A DNA stretch of 64,000 nucleotides from Candidatus Levybacteria bacterium RIFCSPHIGHO2_02_FULL_40_18 (GTDB taxonomy: Bacteria > Patescibacteriota > Microgenomatia > Levybacterales > GWA1-39-11), in contig MFOC01000007.1 of assembly GCA_001782235.1 (NCBI GenBank), positions 156,040-220,039 of the forward strand, read 5' to 3'. The notes beneath the pieces are model-generated. The model did no database searches, was not told the DNA's origin, and saw only the letters and a list, made by a program, of their open reading frames with translations. Shown one piece after another: positions 38,765-49,277 of this stretch. Made by a program: the position numbers and the translations under genes. Position 1 is the first letter of the stretch, and every line of letters starts with the position of its first letter.

Positions 38765-40696
38765 ATGTCGAAGATAATAGGCATAGACCTGGGGACAACC
38801 AATTCATGTGTTGCGGTTATGGAGGGAGGATCGCCCAAAGTAATCTTTTCAGCTGAAGGTCGCAACGTTACCCCTTCGGTGGTAGATCCTGTGGACAGAG
38901 TGGTTGGGGATGTGGCAAAGCGTCAGATGGTTTTGAAGCCCAAAAAGATAATTTACTCGATTAAAAGGCTTATGGGGCGTCGCTTTAAAGATAAGTCCGT
39001 TGACGAAGATAAGAAATTCCTGCCTTACGAGATAAAGTCTGGCCGCGATGGAATGGCGGTTGTAGAGGTTGACGGAAAGACTTACACACCTCAGGAGATT
39101 TCATCAATGATACTTCAGAAAATGAAGAAAGACGCAGAAAATTATTTGGGAGATAAAGTAACTCAAGCAGTAATTACAGTTCCTGCTTATTTTGATGATG
39201 CGCAGCGTCAAGCAACAAAGCAAGCAGGGGAAATTGCCGGACTTGAGGTTTTACGAATCATTAACGAACCAACAGCAGCAGCCCTGGCCTACGGCTTAGA
39301 TAAAAAACACGCCCATACTATTGCAGTTTATGATCTTGGGGGAGGAACATTTGACATTTCGATTTTAGAGCTAGGAGAAGGCGTGTATGAAGTAAAAGCC
39401 ACTAATGGAGATACTCATCTTGGGGGAGACAATTTTGATCAGGTGGTAATCAATTATATTGCGGATGAATTCAAAAAAGAAAATAATATAGACCTGCGGT
39501 CCGATCCTCAGGCTCTTCAGCGACTTAAAGAAGCGGCAGAAAAGGCAAAAATCGAGCTTTCAACATCGAGCGAGGCTGAGATCAATCAACCGTTTATTAC
39601 ACAGGGCCCAGCAGGACCATTGCATTTAACCATGAAATTAACTCGCGCAAAACTTGAGAGCTTGGTAGATCCTCTTATTCAAAAGACGCTTAAACCCGTT
39701 GAAGCCGCATTAAAAGATGCGGGAATAGATAAGAATAAGATAGATGAAGTCATTCTGGTTGGCGGTATGACCAGAGTGCCAAAGATTGTTGATGAAGTAA
39801 CGAAGTTTTTTGGAAAAGAACCTAACAAAAGCGTTAATCCTGATGAAGTTGTTGCAGTTGGCGCAGCGGTACAGGCAGGAGTTTTAGGCGGAGAGGTAAA
39901 GGATGTATTACTTCTTGATGTTACTCCGCTAACTTTGGGTATAGAGACTCTTGGAGGAGTGGCGACGCCCTTAATTGAGCGAAACACAACAATTCCATCC
40001 AAGAAATCTCAGATTTTCTCAACTGCAGCCGGTAATCAAACACAGGTTGAAATCCATGTTGTTCAGGGAGAGCGACCAATGGCTGCCGACAATAAGTCTC
40101 TTGGTCGTTTTATTCTTGACGGAATTCCGCCTGCTCCTCGCGGTGTCCCTCAAATTGAGGTAACCTTTGATATCGACGCCTCCGGAATTCTTTCGGTCAC
40201 AGCACAAGACAAAGCAACAGGAAAGGAGCAAAGTATTAAGATTACAGGTTCGACAGGTTTATCAAAAGACGAGGTTGAGGAAATGACAAAACAGGCAGAA
40301 GCGCATAGTGAGGAGGATACTAAAAAGAAGGAGCTTGTGGATGCCAAAAATTCGGCCGATGCTCTTATATTTACTGCAGAAAAATCATTAAAAGACGCAG
40401 GCGACAAAGTTTCGGAAGATGCTAAAAAGGATATCGAAGAAAAGATAAAAGTTCTTCGAGAGGCAACATCAAAAGACGACAAAGAAGATATTGAATCAAA
40501 GACCCGCGAGCTTTCAGATGCGTTATCAAAGATAGGAGAAGCAATGTACAAAGGTTCGGAAACTGGCGAAAACTCAGCTAAGTCGGAAGGTTCGGATAAT
40601 TCAGAAGATCAGAAGGAAGAGGGTTCGGCAGAAGAAAAAAAGGAAGATTCGAAAGCTAAAAAAGGCGAGGCAGAAGAAGGCGAAGTCGTCAACTAG
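38765..40696 (+). CDS. dnaK: Molecular chaperone DnaK (Hsp70)
   Basis: [35 protein letters not shown]; SD aaaaggag located 8 nt upstream. Confidence 0.95.
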   Translation: MSKIIGIDLGTTNSCVAVMEGGSPKVIFSAEGRNVTPSVVDPVDRVVGDVAKRQMVLKPKKIIYSIKRLMGRRFKDKSVDEDKKFLPYEIKSGRDGMAVVEVDGKTYTPQEISSMILQKMKKDAENYLGDKVTQAVITVPAYFDDAQRQATKQAGEIAGLEVLRIINEPTAAALAYGLDKKHAHTIAVYDLGGGTFDISILELGEGVYEVKATNGDTHLGGDNFDQVVINYIADEFKKENNIDLRSDPQALQRLKEAAEKAKIELSTSSEAEINQPFITQGPAGPLHLTMKLTRAKLESLVDPLIQKTLKPVEAALKDAGIDKNKIDEVILVGGMTRVPKIVDEVTKFFGKEPNKSVNPDEVVAVGAAVQAGVLGGEVKDVLLLDVTPLTLGIETLGGVATPLIERNTTIPSKKSQIFSTAAGNQTQVEIHVVQGERPMAADNKSLGRFILDGIPPAPRGVPQIEVTFDIDASGILSVTAQDKATGKEQSIKITGSTGLSKDEVEEMTKQAEAHSEEDTKKKELVDAKNSADALIFTAEKSLKDAGDKVSEDAKKDIEEKIKVLREATSKDDKEDIESKTRELSDALSKIGEAMYKGSETGENSAKSEGSDNSEDQKEEGSAEEKKEDSKAKKGEAEEGEVVN

Positions 40697-40740
40697 ATCC
40701 TCTTGTGTGATTCCACCTGATTTGCTAGGATAAAAAGTAG

Positions 40741-40763
40741 CCTGTTTTTTAACAGGAGATTTT
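40741..40763 (+). terminator. Hairpin + T-run after dnaK (cctgtt-tttt-aacagg agatttt), overlapping the SD of the next gene
   Basis: 6-bp stem plus U-tract. The aggag SD for the ORF at 40767 sits in the 3' arm, so the structure is either a terminator or an attenuator. Confidence 0.35.
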
Positions 40764-40766
40764 ACT

Positions 40767-41066
40767 ATGCCGACAGACTGTCCTACCGGTGAAATCCCGA
40801 CAGATTTAGGTTGTATTCCTACTGACCCAATCGGATTTGTAGAAAGATTCTATGGAATAGGACTCGGATTTATAGGGATGGTAGCACTGCTTTTTATGAT
40901 AATAGGGGGATATCACATAATGACATCAGCGGGTAATCCCGAGCGTCTCGCAACAGGCAAGTCTTTTATTTTCTATTCGCTTGCAGGGTTACTACTTGCC
41001 GTGCTTGGATTTGTATTTATTCAAATAGTAACAGGCGAAATATTAAGAATTCCGGGCTTTAGATAA
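40767..41066 (+). CDS. Small two-TM membrane protein, possibly TrbC/VirB2-like pilin of a Gram-positive/CPR-type T4SS
   Basis: 99 aa: a Cys-containing polar N-terminus followed by two hydrophobic helices separated by TSAGNPERLATGKS. The size and topology fit VirB2-like pilins, but homology cannot be verified here. Confidence 0.3.
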   Translation: MPTDCPTGEIPTDLGCIPTDPIGFVERFYGIGLGFIGMVALLFMIIGGYHIMTSAGNPERLATGKSFIFYSLAGLLLAVLGFVFIQIVTGEILRIPGFR

Positions 41067-41068
41067 AT

Positions 41069-43501
41069 ATGAAGTTATTCCTGCCCAAACTATTTGCCCC
41101 TATACTTTTCGGAATTGCACTTTTGTTCTTAAGTTTGTTTTATGCCCCTTTCGCATCTGCTCAAACCCCAACCCCTTCATCGATTGAAGGGAGATGGGTA
41201 AGTGACCAGGAAGTAACTTTTGTAGGTAAAACCGGTGCGCGTTCAGGACAATTTCTCGACTGGGCACTACAAAACTATCAATGGCTGACTTTGGTGAATG
41301 GCCAAAATCCCCTGATTCCGTTTTGGATAACGATTAGAAACATAGTATATGCCGTGCTCGCCTTATTTATTCTTGCAACCGCTTTTATTTTAATCATAAC
41401 TCGCGGGCAAAGTATTACTGTTATGCGCTTCATCCCAAGATTTGTTTTTATAGTGATTCTTATAACTCTCTCCTTTTCAATTGTCCAATTTATCTATCAA
41501 ATTAATGATATTATTCAGAACTTTTTCCTAAGAGTAGAAGATAGATTTATTTCCACCCAAGACCTTTTGTATATTGGATTTGATTATGAAACATTCACTG
41601 GATTCAGACGCGTAGGTCTTCAATTTGAAGAATCGGCGTTTATTTCTTTGCTGCTTGTTCGACTAACGGCAATTACTTATTATGTCATGACAGGTCTTCT
41701 TTTGGTAAGAAAAATAATTTTGTGGTTTTTTATTATACTTTCTCCTGTCTTTCCCCTTCTTATCTTCTACAGACCTATTCGCAACACGGCCAAAATTTGG
41801 GTTGGAGAATTTTTCAGATGGCTTTTTTATGCTCCGCTTTTCGCAGTCTTTTTAAAAGGTTTGGTTGTGATGTGGAGAACAGGAATTCCCCTGCCATTTG
41901 ATTTTTCACAAGTAGGCACAATTGTTTATCCAACGGCAATTAATATTCTCTTGGGAGGGCCGGGGCAAACAATAGGTATTAACAATTCCGTAAATCTTCG
42001 TGACACTTTTGCTTTATATGTTGTTGCGCTTCTTATGCTTTGGGTAGCAATATTACTTCCATTTTTGTTGCTTAAGATATTCCTTGATTATCTTGCGTCG
42101 CTCTCTTTTGATAACAGCATTTTTGTAAAACAGTTTATGAATAGAAACCTTAATTTCTTATCGCCATCAAAAGGAGGTCCTTCCGCTCCACCTCCGGCAC
42201 CTCCCGGATCGCTCGCGCCAACCGGAGTAGCAAGAGCTCTTCCTTTCCTCCGAAAAGGCGCTGGCGTGGCAGTTGAACCGGTAAAGTTTCATGCAACAAT
42301 TCAAGCCAGCGTCCAAGAAAGTGCTGACATTTTAAGACTTACAGATCTTTCGATACCCAGGATGCGCGATATTGCAAGATATGAGGTTTCAAGTATTTCA
42401 AGTGACATCTCAAAGAGAAGTGAGGTTTCAACCTTCCATACTACGCTTCAAAAAATTGCCAATCCGGCGAGCGTTTCAACAGTAACTGAACGCGAGAAAT
42501 TTACAACTGTCAGACAGAAACTTCTTGAGCAAAAACAGAAAGGAAATCCAATTGCAACATCTATTATTAATGCAACACAGGTAACAAGTTCAAGTGTTCA
42601 GAATCTTGCAACGAATATCCTTAACACTTCACAGATTTCAACGACAGGTATTCAATCAAGGCAAGAACAAATTAATAATATGAGTCACGCTCTTTCGATG
42701 GTTGCAAATCCTGAAAAAGCTACTTTACCCGCCGAGAAAGAGAAGTTCGTTAGCCTAAGAGAGCAACTAATACATGAAAAAGAAAAAGGAAATACTCTTG
42801 CCTCATCTATACTTGAAACAAGCGAGAAAATCAGTAAAGCAGAGATTGTAGGAGATCAGAGAGCAACTCGAGAGGCGGCACTTATTGAAGAGCTATTAAC
42901 CCGGGAAAAGAGAGAGAAAGCAGCAGGAGCGGGCACGCCTTTAGCTGGCCCGCATGGTGTCGTGAGACCTCATGAAGTTCTGCCTATTGTTAACAAAGTT
43001 CAGCAAGTAAGCGTTGAGGATTACGAAGAGGTAAGAAAGCTTTGGACAGAAAATTACCATCAACTTTCGCCGCCAAAAGATCTTTCAGGACAAGAAGCAG
43101 ACAGGGAAACCTGGATAAAAAACGATATAGATCGCGTAAATCAGGCAATAGTACTTCTTACATCCTCCGATCAAGCTAAAGTTAATGAGGGAATGGAAAT
43201 GGTCGCAAATATTTTGCCATTCCTTTTAATAGGAGGATTCTCAAAATCAGAAGTGACTGCATACCTTAAGGCAAAGATGCAAGCAGGTAAATCAGTACTT
43301 GAAGAGTTGTTGCGCAAACGCGAGGAGGAGGAGACAAAAATCAGTGCTGTTGCAAGGAAAAAAGAAGAAAAAAAAGAAATGGCAGAAGAAGCAAATGTTG
43401 AAGAACCAAAAGAAAATCCTGATAACACAAAAGAAGCAGGTGAAGCGTTTGATAAGGGAGAGGCAGACAAAGGCGCTGTTGATAAGAAAGGACAGATATG
43501 A
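41069..43501 (+). CDS. Large polytopic membrane protein, VirB6/TrbL-like candidate, with a long charged C-terminal domain containing internal ~40-aa repeats
   Basis: Signal peptide, about 6-7 TMs, then a hydrophilic tail with repeated ANP(A/E)..(E/T)(R/K)EKF..(R/L)..L..(Q/E)K.KGN... segments. Its pairing with the small 2-TM protein resembles VirB2 + VirB6 of CPR/Gram-positive T4SS-like loci. Confidence 0.3.
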   Translation: MKLFLPKLFAPILFGIALLFLSLFYAPFASAQTPTPSSIEGRWVSDQEVTFVGKTGARSGQFLDWALQNYQWLTLVNGQNPLIPFWITIRNIVYAVLALFILATAFILIITRGQSITVMRFIPRFVFIVILITLSFSIVQFIYQINDIIQNFFLRVEDRFISTQDLLYIGFDYETFTGFRRVGLQFEESAFISLLLVRLTAITYYVMTGLLLVRKIILWFFIILSPVFPLLIFYRPIRNTAKIWVGEFFRWLFYAPLFAVFLKGLVVMWRTGIPLPFDFSQVGTIVYPTAINILLGGPGQTIGINNSVNLRDTFALYVVALLMLWVAILLPFLLLKIFLDYLASLSFDNSIFVKQFMNRNLNFLSPSKGGPSAPPPAPPGSLAPTGVARALPFLRKGAGVAVEPVKFHATIQASVQESADILRLTDLSIPRMRDIARYEVSSISSDISKRSEVSTFHTTLQKIANPASVSTVTEREKFTTVRQKLLEQKQKGNPIATSIINATQVTSSSVQNLATNILNTSQISTTGIQSRQEQINNMSHALSMVANPEKATLPAEKEKFVSLREQLIHEKEKGNTLASSILETSEKISKAEIVGDQRATREAALIEELLTREKREKAAGAGTPLAGPHGVVRPHEVLPIVNKVQQVSVEDYEEVRKLWTENYHQLSPPKDLSGQEADRETWIKNDIDRVNQAIVLLTSSDQAKVNEGMEMVANILPFLLIGGFSKSEVTAYLKAKMQAGKSVLEELLRKREEEETKISAVARKKEEKKEMAEEANVEEPKENPDNTKEAGEAFDKGEADKGAVDKKGQI

Positions 43502-43515
43502 ATATAATTAAATAG

Positions 43516-43560
43516 TTTGTAAGGTTCGTAAAGTTTGTAAAGTTCTTAAAGTTGAACTTT
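43516..43560 (+). promoter_or_regulatory. 9-nt-periodic direct repeats (TTYGTAAAG x4) upstream of clpC; operator-like
   Basis: tttgtaaggttcgtaaagtttgtaaagttcttaaagttgaacttt, 14 nt upstream of the clpC ATG. Reminiscent of, but distinct from, CtsR heptad operators. Confidence 0.3.
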
Positions 43561-43573
43561 ATAAACTAAAATT

Positions 43574-46297
43574 ATGTTTGGAAATTTATTTAATTCAAGA
43601 AAAACAGTAAGATCAGAGGATGAGGCAACTGGCGAGACTCAAGTTACGGGCGCCGAGGTTAAAATAGAGCAAAACAGTGGCGGAGATTTGTTCGGTGATG
43701 CTACAAAAGTTTCAGAATCTATAAAAGTCGCGGCTCCAAATGTGCCTTCAGAACCTTCGGAACAAAGCAATAAAAGCATCGTAGCAAATCCCCAAAGTAG
43801 GGAAAATATTACAGCCTTATCGCGTCTTGATCCCCGCGCCACCCAAGTTTTAAATCAAGCACAGCAATTAGCCAAGAAAAACGGACAACAGCTTATCGAA
43901 CCCATGCATCTTCTTTATGGCCTCATTTATGATGGAGAAATATTTAAGGTTCTTGAGCAATTCGGAGTTGATGGGGCCAAAGTTTCGCAAGAAATTGAAG
44001 GTAGACAAGAAAAAGGAAATTTTTTCGGCCAGCCGACATTAAGTGACGGTTCAAAAGAAATTCTTGAAGAAGCATATGGGACAGCAAAACAGAGAGGCGC
44101 AAGCTTTATTAGCCCTGAGGATATATTACTTGCTGTCTTTCAAGCCACACAAACAGCGGACCTTCTGAAATCAAAAGGGATAGATAAAGCAGGCGTTGAA
44201 GAGAAATTATCAAAGAGTACAGGCTATGTACTCGCCCACAAATCAATGATTGAAAAATACAGCATTGATTTGACCGTCGAGGCGCACGAAGGAAGACTTG
44301 ATCCCGTGGCCGGCCGGGATCGCGAGATTGAAAGACTTATACATATACTTTTGAGAAGAACAAAGAACAACCCCATCATCATTGGAGAGGCGGGAGTTGG
44401 GAAGACGGCGATTGTTGAAGGACTTGCTCAAAAGATAGTTGATGAGAAGGTTCCCAAAGACCTTTCAGGACGCAAGATTATGCAGCTTGATATGGCCTCT
44501 TTAATCGCCGGTGCGGCTCATCGCGGTGAATTTGAAGAAAGATTCCGAGCGGTAATTAAAGAAGCGCAAGCGTCAAGCGGACAACTGATACTTTTTATTG
44601 ACGAAATTCATTCTTTAATTGGAGCAGGCGACACAGAGGGCTCAATGGACGCTTCGAATATAATAAAGCCATATCTTGCTCGCGGCCAGATTCAATTAAT
44701 CGGAACCACTACAACGGCAGAATACAGAAAGTATTTTGAAAAAGATAAAGCATTTGAAAGAAGATTTCAACCAATTCTGGCAGAGGAACCGTCTGAGGAA
44801 GCGGCAATCGAGATGCTCAAAGTACTTCAACCAAAATATGAAAAATTCCACAATGTCACTTTCTCAAAAGAAGCTCTTGAGTCGGCAGTTCACCTCTCAA
44901 AAAAATACGTTGGAGAAAGATTTCTTCCTGACAAGGCAGTAGATCTATTGGATGAGGCGGGAGCTGAAGTGAAGCTTACGCGCTCCGAGGGCAAAAGAGC
45001 GGATAATGAAGTTAAAAAAGAGGATATAGAAAAAGTAGTTTCCGCATGGACAGGCATACCCATAACAAAACTAACAGAAGATGAAAGTCAGAAGTTGATT
45101 CACCTTGAAGAGTTGATTCACAAAAGATTTATTAATCAAGAAGAAGCAGTGGTGGCAATTGCCGAGGCAATAAGGAGAGGGAGAATAGGGCTGTCTGCCG
45201 CCGGAAGGCCGATAGCCTCATTCATCTTTCTTGGGCCAACGGGAGTCGGAAAAACCGAACTTGCAAAAGCCATGGCAGAGATTTTGTTTGGTAAAGAAGA
45301 GGCAATGATCAGGCTTGATATGAGTGAATATATGGAAAAACATGAAGTGGCAAAATTAATAGGCGCGCCACCTGGATATGTTGGATATGAAGAAGGAGGG
45401 CAGCTCACGGAAGCTGTCCGGACAAAACCTTATTCTATAGTTTTGCTTGATGAGGTTGAGAAGGCGCATCCTGACGTTTTCAATATTCTTCTTCAGCTTC
45501 TTGAGGACGGAAGGCTGACAGATAACAAGGGGAACACTATATCGTTTAAAAACACAGTTATTATTGCAACATCAAATATAGGAAGCAAGATCATTCAGGA
45601 ACAATTAAGTCAAACTAGAGACGCCTCTCTACCGAATGGAGACTCGACAAATGCCAAAAATCCAAGCGGAGAGGATAAGTCCTTCGACGATGCTCAGGGT
45701 AAACAAGCTCAAGAATTTGAGAAAAAATTTGCGGAAGTAACCAAAATTCTCCTCGACGAACTGCATAAATTCTTCAGACCCGAACTTCTTAATCGATTTG
45801 ATGAATTGGTAGTATTTAAACCTTTGAACCCACGCGATATGATCTTGATCGCAAAACTTGGGATTGAGAAAACAAGAAAGCTCCTTCGAGATCAAAAATT
45901 TGATCTTGAAATTACTGAGAAGGCGTTGAATCAACTTGCTAAGGAAGGGTATGACCCAATTTATGGAGCAAGACCTTTGAGGCGCTTGATTCAAACCGTA
46001 ATTGAAAACCCAATCTCTCTTGAGATCATTGGGAAGAATTATGTTGCCGGAGACACAATCCTCATAGACTTTGATGAACAAAAAAACGAATTTATCTTCT
46101 CAAAAACTCAGGTTCAAAAAGTTACTAGCGAATCAAAAACTGAACAAGAAAGTCAAACCAATGGGAAAGAGCCTGTTTATGGCTTTGACAATGACGGCAT
46201 GATGCCGCCTGTTAAACCGCAAGAACCGCCTTCTTCTTCCCCGCCAGTCCCGCATGAACCTCCCGCAGACGGCACGCAGATGCAGAAGAACGTGTAA
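43574..46297 (+). CDS. clpC: ClpC/ClpA-type AAA+ chaperone ATPase (two NBDs, short middle domain) with N- and C-terminal low-complexity extensions
   Basis: Clp_N repeats; NBD1 GEAGVGKTAIVEGLA...LFIDEIHSLIGAG; NBD2 FLGPTGVGKTELAKA...LLDEVEKAHPDVFNILLQLLEDGRLTD. The short linker between the NBDs fits ClpC rather than ClpB. Pro-rich C-terminal tail. Confidence 0.85.
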   Translation: MFGNLFNSRKTVRSEDEATGETQVTGAEVKIEQNSGGDLFGDATKVSESIKVAAPNVPSEPSEQSNKSIVANPQSRENITALSRLDPRATQVLNQAQQLAKKNGQQLIEPMHLLYGLIYDGEIFKVLEQFGVDGAKVSQEIEGRQEKGNFFGQPTLSDGSKEILEEAYGTAKQRGASFISPEDILLAVFQATQTADLLKSKGIDKAGVEEKLSKSTGYVLAHKSMIEKYSIDLTVEAHEGRLDPVAGRDREIERLIHILLRRTKNNPIIIGEAGVGKTAIVEGLAQKIVDEKVPKDLSGRKIMQLDMASLIAGAAHRGEFEERFRAVIKEAQASSGQLILFIDEIHSLIGAGDTEGSMDASNIIKPYLARGQIQLIGTTTTAEYRKYFEKDKAFERRFQPILAEEPSEEAAIEMLKVLQPKYEKFHNVTFSKEALESAVHLSKKYVGERFLPDKAVDLLDEAGAEVKLTRSEGKRADNEVKKEDIEKVVSAWTGIPITKLTEDESQKLIHLEELIHKRFINQEEAVVAIAEAIRRGRIGLSAAGRPIASFIFLGPTGVGKTELAKAMAEILFGKEEAMIRLDMSEYMEKHEVAKLIGAPPGYVGYEEGGQLTEAVRTKPYSIVLLDEVEKAHPDVFNILLQLLEDGRLTDNKGNTISFKNTVIIATSNIGSKIIQEQLSQTRDASLPNGDSTNAKNPSGEDKSFDDAQGKQAQEFEKKFAEVTKILLDELHKFFRPELLNRFDELVVFKPLNPRDMILIAKLGIEKTRKLLRDQKFDLEITEKALNQLAKEGYDPIYGARPLRRLIQTVIENPISLEIIGKNYVAGDTILIDFDEQKNEFIFSKTQVQKVTSESKTEQESQTNGKEPVYGFDNDGMMPPVKPQEPPSSSPPVPHEPPADGTQMQKNV

Positions 46298-46304
46298 GAT
46301 AATT

Positions 46305-48257
46305 ATGGATTCGGTAAAGAAATATTTCGAGAATCTGTTTGGCAAAGTTATCTCGACAGATGACCCCGATTTTAAAAGGAAGAGACTACTTGTAATCACA
46401 GTAACGATTATTATCGTAATTATCCTTTTTATCCCCTTGGTTTTTTTTGCTATTTCCGCTCTGGGACTTAAGGAATCAATCAAAGATCTTGAGAAAACAA
46501 AGGGTCAAAAAACTTTTTCCCTCACGGCACCCTATGTTCCAGACGAATTGATTGTAAAGCTTAAAGCATCTTACACAGAGGAAGAGCTTGCGAGAATCGA
46601 AAAAAAGTTCAAAGAACTTGGAGTTGTCTCTCAGAAGAAAGCCTTTGAAAGTGAGGACCCCTTGCTTAGAAACTATTATTTACTTACGTTTAAAAAGGGG
46701 ACAGACATTAAAAAAGCAGGACAAGAGCTTACGGACTTGAGAGAGCTAGTAGGGGTTGAACCGAATTATCTTGTGGAAGTCCAAGCTAGTCCGAATGATC
46801 CCTTTCTCGGGCAGCTTTGGGGTCTTGAAAAAATTCAAATGCAGAAGGCTTGGGATATTTCTCAGGGGTCAAATTCAGTAATTGTTGCAGTTGTTGATAC
46901 GGGAATTGATTATAACCATCAAGATTTTGTTGGGAGAAACATCATAAAAGGAAAAGATTTTTCAACATGTGATCTTTATTCATCAAACGACAGCTGTTCA
47001 AGCCCAAAAGAAAGGGATTCGGATCCTATGGATGATCACGGGCATGGTACGCATGTTGCAGGGACAATAGGAGCTGCTACCGATAATAATATTGGAATTG
47101 CGGGAGTAAATTGGAACATAACTCTAATGGCCGTAAAGACAATAGGAAAAGATGGTAGAGGAACGACTCAGGATATAGTTGATGGAGTGGTTTACGCTTC
47201 GGACAATCGTGCAAATATAATAAATTTAAGTTTTGGCCAAAGCAGCTCTTGTTCTGGAAGTTATCAAAATGTTATCAACTATGCCATGTCACGGGGCTCT
47301 ATAATTGTTGTGGCTGCAGGAAACAATAATGTTAATGCCCAAAATTATAGCCCCGCATCTTGTAGCGGCGTTATAGCCGTTGGAGCTACGACCTCATCGG
47401 ATGGCAGAGCAAGTTTTTCTAATTGGGGAAGCGTTGTAGATATAGCAGCACCGGGGGTAGGAATCTACTCGCTCTCACCCGGTAACTCTTACAAATCAAG
47501 AAACGGAACATCAATGGCAGCGCCTCATGTCGCGGGAGTAGCGGCGCTGCTTCTTGCTGCCAACTCTTCGCTATCTAGCGCCCAGGTTGAGAGTTGTCTT
47601 GTGAGGGGAGCAGATCCCATTAATACGGATAAACCTATCGGGCCAAGGCTTAATGCTTACAAAGCATTGACAACGTGCCTAAATATCAGTCCAGTGCCTA
47701 CGGGCGCTTCTCCTACTGGAATGCCTACCATTACGCTTTCTCCCACCCCTTCCCAAGTTGTGCATGAAATATATGGGGGAGTGTTTATTGATGCAAACGG
47801 AAATAAGGCATGGGACGCGGGAGAAAGCGGGTATTCAGGCGCCCAAATCACAACTTCGGGCATGCAAGCACTTTCTACGTTAACAGATACATCCGGAATA
47901 TTTAGTTTTCCCAATGTTGCGGTGGGTAGTTATTCAGTGAATCTGATAATCGGCGGACAAATTCGTGCTACAGCCGGGGCTTTCACAATCACTAATAACA
48001 CGCGACAAATTCGGGTGTTTTTCTTTCTACCTCCATCCATACTCACTCCAACAACAATAGGAGAACAAGCTCCATCCCCAACTCCTATTCAAATAACACC
48101 GACCGTAATCCAGACAACCCCAACGCTATCTATCACACGGCAAACTAGTCCCTCACCGACACCTATTCAAACCTACACCTGCCGCGAATCAACACCTGCC
48201 AAAAAACCTCTCCCGGGAAGTATCAAAATAGGGAGTTTAGTATGCGAGCCAAACTAA
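46305..48257 (+). CDS. Subtilisin-like S8 serine peptidase, membrane-anchored, with Thr/Pro-rich C-terminal region
   Basis: VAVVDTGIDYNHQDF (Asp), HGHGTHVAGTIGA (His), GTSMAAPHVAGVAALL (Ser); N-terminal TM. Internal Met preferred over the track start at 46254. Confidence 0.85.
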   Translation: MDSVKKYFENLFGKVISTDDPDFKRKRLLVITVTIIIVIILFIPLVFFAISALGLKESIKDLEKTKGQKTFSLTAPYVPDELIVKLKASYTEEELARIEKKFKELGVVSQKKAFESEDPLLRNYYLLTFKKGTDIKKAGQELTDLRELVGVEPNYLVEVQASPNDPFLGQLWGLEKIQMQKAWDISQGSNSVIVAVVDTGIDYNHQDFVGRNIIKGKDFSTCDLYSSNDSCSSPKERDSDPMDDHGHGTHVAGTIGAATDNNIGIAGVNWNITLMAVKTIGKDGRGTTQDIVDGVVYASDNRANIINLSFGQSSSCSGSYQNVINYAMSRGSIIVVAAGNNNVNAQNYSPASCSGVIAVGATTSSDGRASFSNWGSVVDIAAPGVGIYSLSPGNSYKSRNGTSMAAPHVAGVAALLLAANSSLSSAQVESCLVRGADPINTDKPIGPRLNAYKALTTCLNISPVPTGASPTGMPTITLSPTPSQVVHEIYGGVFIDANGNKAWDAGESGYSGAQITTSGMQALSTLTDTSGIFSFPNVAVGSYSVNLIIGGQIRATAGAFTITNNTRQIRVFFFLPPSILTPTTIGEQAPSPTPIQITPTVIQTTPTLSITRQTSPSPTPIQTYTCRESTPAKKPLPGSIKIGSLVCEPN

Positions 48258-48258
48258 T

Positions 48259-48275
48259 CCGCCAGTGGCGGATTA
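48259..48275 (+). terminator. GC hairpin (ccgcc-agt-ggcgg) 2 nt after the S8 peptidase stop
   Basis: 5-bp GC stem followed by attat; opens a 120-nt GC-rich intergenic block at 48258-48380. Confidence 0.3.
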
Positions 48276-48383
48276 TCCCGAGTCTCGGTCTAAGAGGCGA
48301 GGGATCTCTGAACCCGCGTGTTGCGACCGAAGGATCCATTGCGTTCCACTAGCAAACGGCCTCAACTTTTGCTAAAATACCCT

Positions 48384-49274
48384 ATGACAGAAAAGGATTA
48401 TTACCAGATTTTGGGCGTTTCAAAATCGGCTAAACCCGATGAAATTAAGAAGGCATATCGAAAACTGGCTCTTCAATATCATCCGGATCGTAATAAAACA
48501 AAGGAAGCTGAAGAGAAATTCAAAGAAATAAATCACGCCTATGAAATTCTTTCGGACCTTTCGAAAAGGCAGCAGTATGATCAATTTGGACCGTCTGCTT
48601 TTGCGGGTGGCCCCTTCGGCTCCGCGAAGGCGCGGCAGGGACCGTTTGGCGGCGGATTCGGTGGATTTCGTCAACAGGGTCCATTCACATACACTTATTC
48701 AACCGGAGGTGGAGCTCAGGGTTTCGATTTCGGCGGGTTTACTGATCCTTTTGAGATATTCGAGCAGTTTTTTGGAGGGGCCTCGCCTTTTGGTCGGCGT
48801 AAACCCACTTATTCAATTTCAATTGATTTTATGGAGGGAATAAAAGGCATTCAAAAAGAAGTAAACATAAACGGTGCGGTAAAAAAGATTAAAATACCGG
48901 GAGGAATTGGTGATGGATCAAGGATTAGATTTGATGACTTTGATTTAATTGTTGATATAAGACCCCACGCAAAATTTGTGAGAGAGGGGCAAGATATAAT
49001 AACAGAAAAAGGAATCCCTATGGCTCAAGCAGCGCTTGGTGGCGTAGTCAATATTGAAACTATCGATGGGCAAATTAAGCTTAAAATCCCGGAAGGTACC
49101 CAGCCGGGAGCGCTTATTCGTTTGAGAGAACATGGAGTCCCAAATCTTGTCGGCAAAGGCCGCGGAGATCATTATGTGCGGGTAAAGGTTAATATTCCTA
49201 CTAAGCTTCGAGGAAAACAAAAACAGCTTTTAGAAGAGTTTGAAAAAGAAGAGAAAAAAAGTGGTTGGTTCTAA
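48384..49274 (+). CDS. DnaJ-family co-chaperone lacking the Cys-rich zinc-finger domain (CbpA/type II-like)
   Basis: J domain [34 protein letters not shown], a G/F-rich region, and a DnaJ C-terminal beta domain. Internal Met preferred over the track start at 48318. Confidence 0.75.
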   Translation: MTEKDYYQILGVSKSAKPDEIKKAYRKLALQYHPDRNKTKEAEEKFKEINHAYEILSDLSKRQQYDQFGPSAFAGGPFGSAKARQGPFGGGFGGFRQQGPFTYTYSTGGGAQGFDFGGFTDPFEIFEQFFGGASPFGRRKPTYSISIDFMEGIKGIQKEVNINGAVKKIKIPGGIGDGSRIRFDDFDLIVDIRPHAKFVREGQDIITEKGIPMAQAALGGVVNIETIDGQIKLKIPEGTQPGALIRLREHGVPNLVGKGRGDHYVRVKVNIPTKLRGKQKQLLEEFEKEEKKSGWF

Positions 49275-49277
49275 AGT

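Noticed and set aside
48258-48380. tRNA gene in the GC-rich intergenic block
   Set aside because: It contains a D-loop-like word (ggtctaagaggcg), but I could not identify a 7-bp acceptor stem with a complementary 3' end or a GGTTCRANYCC T-arm on either strand.
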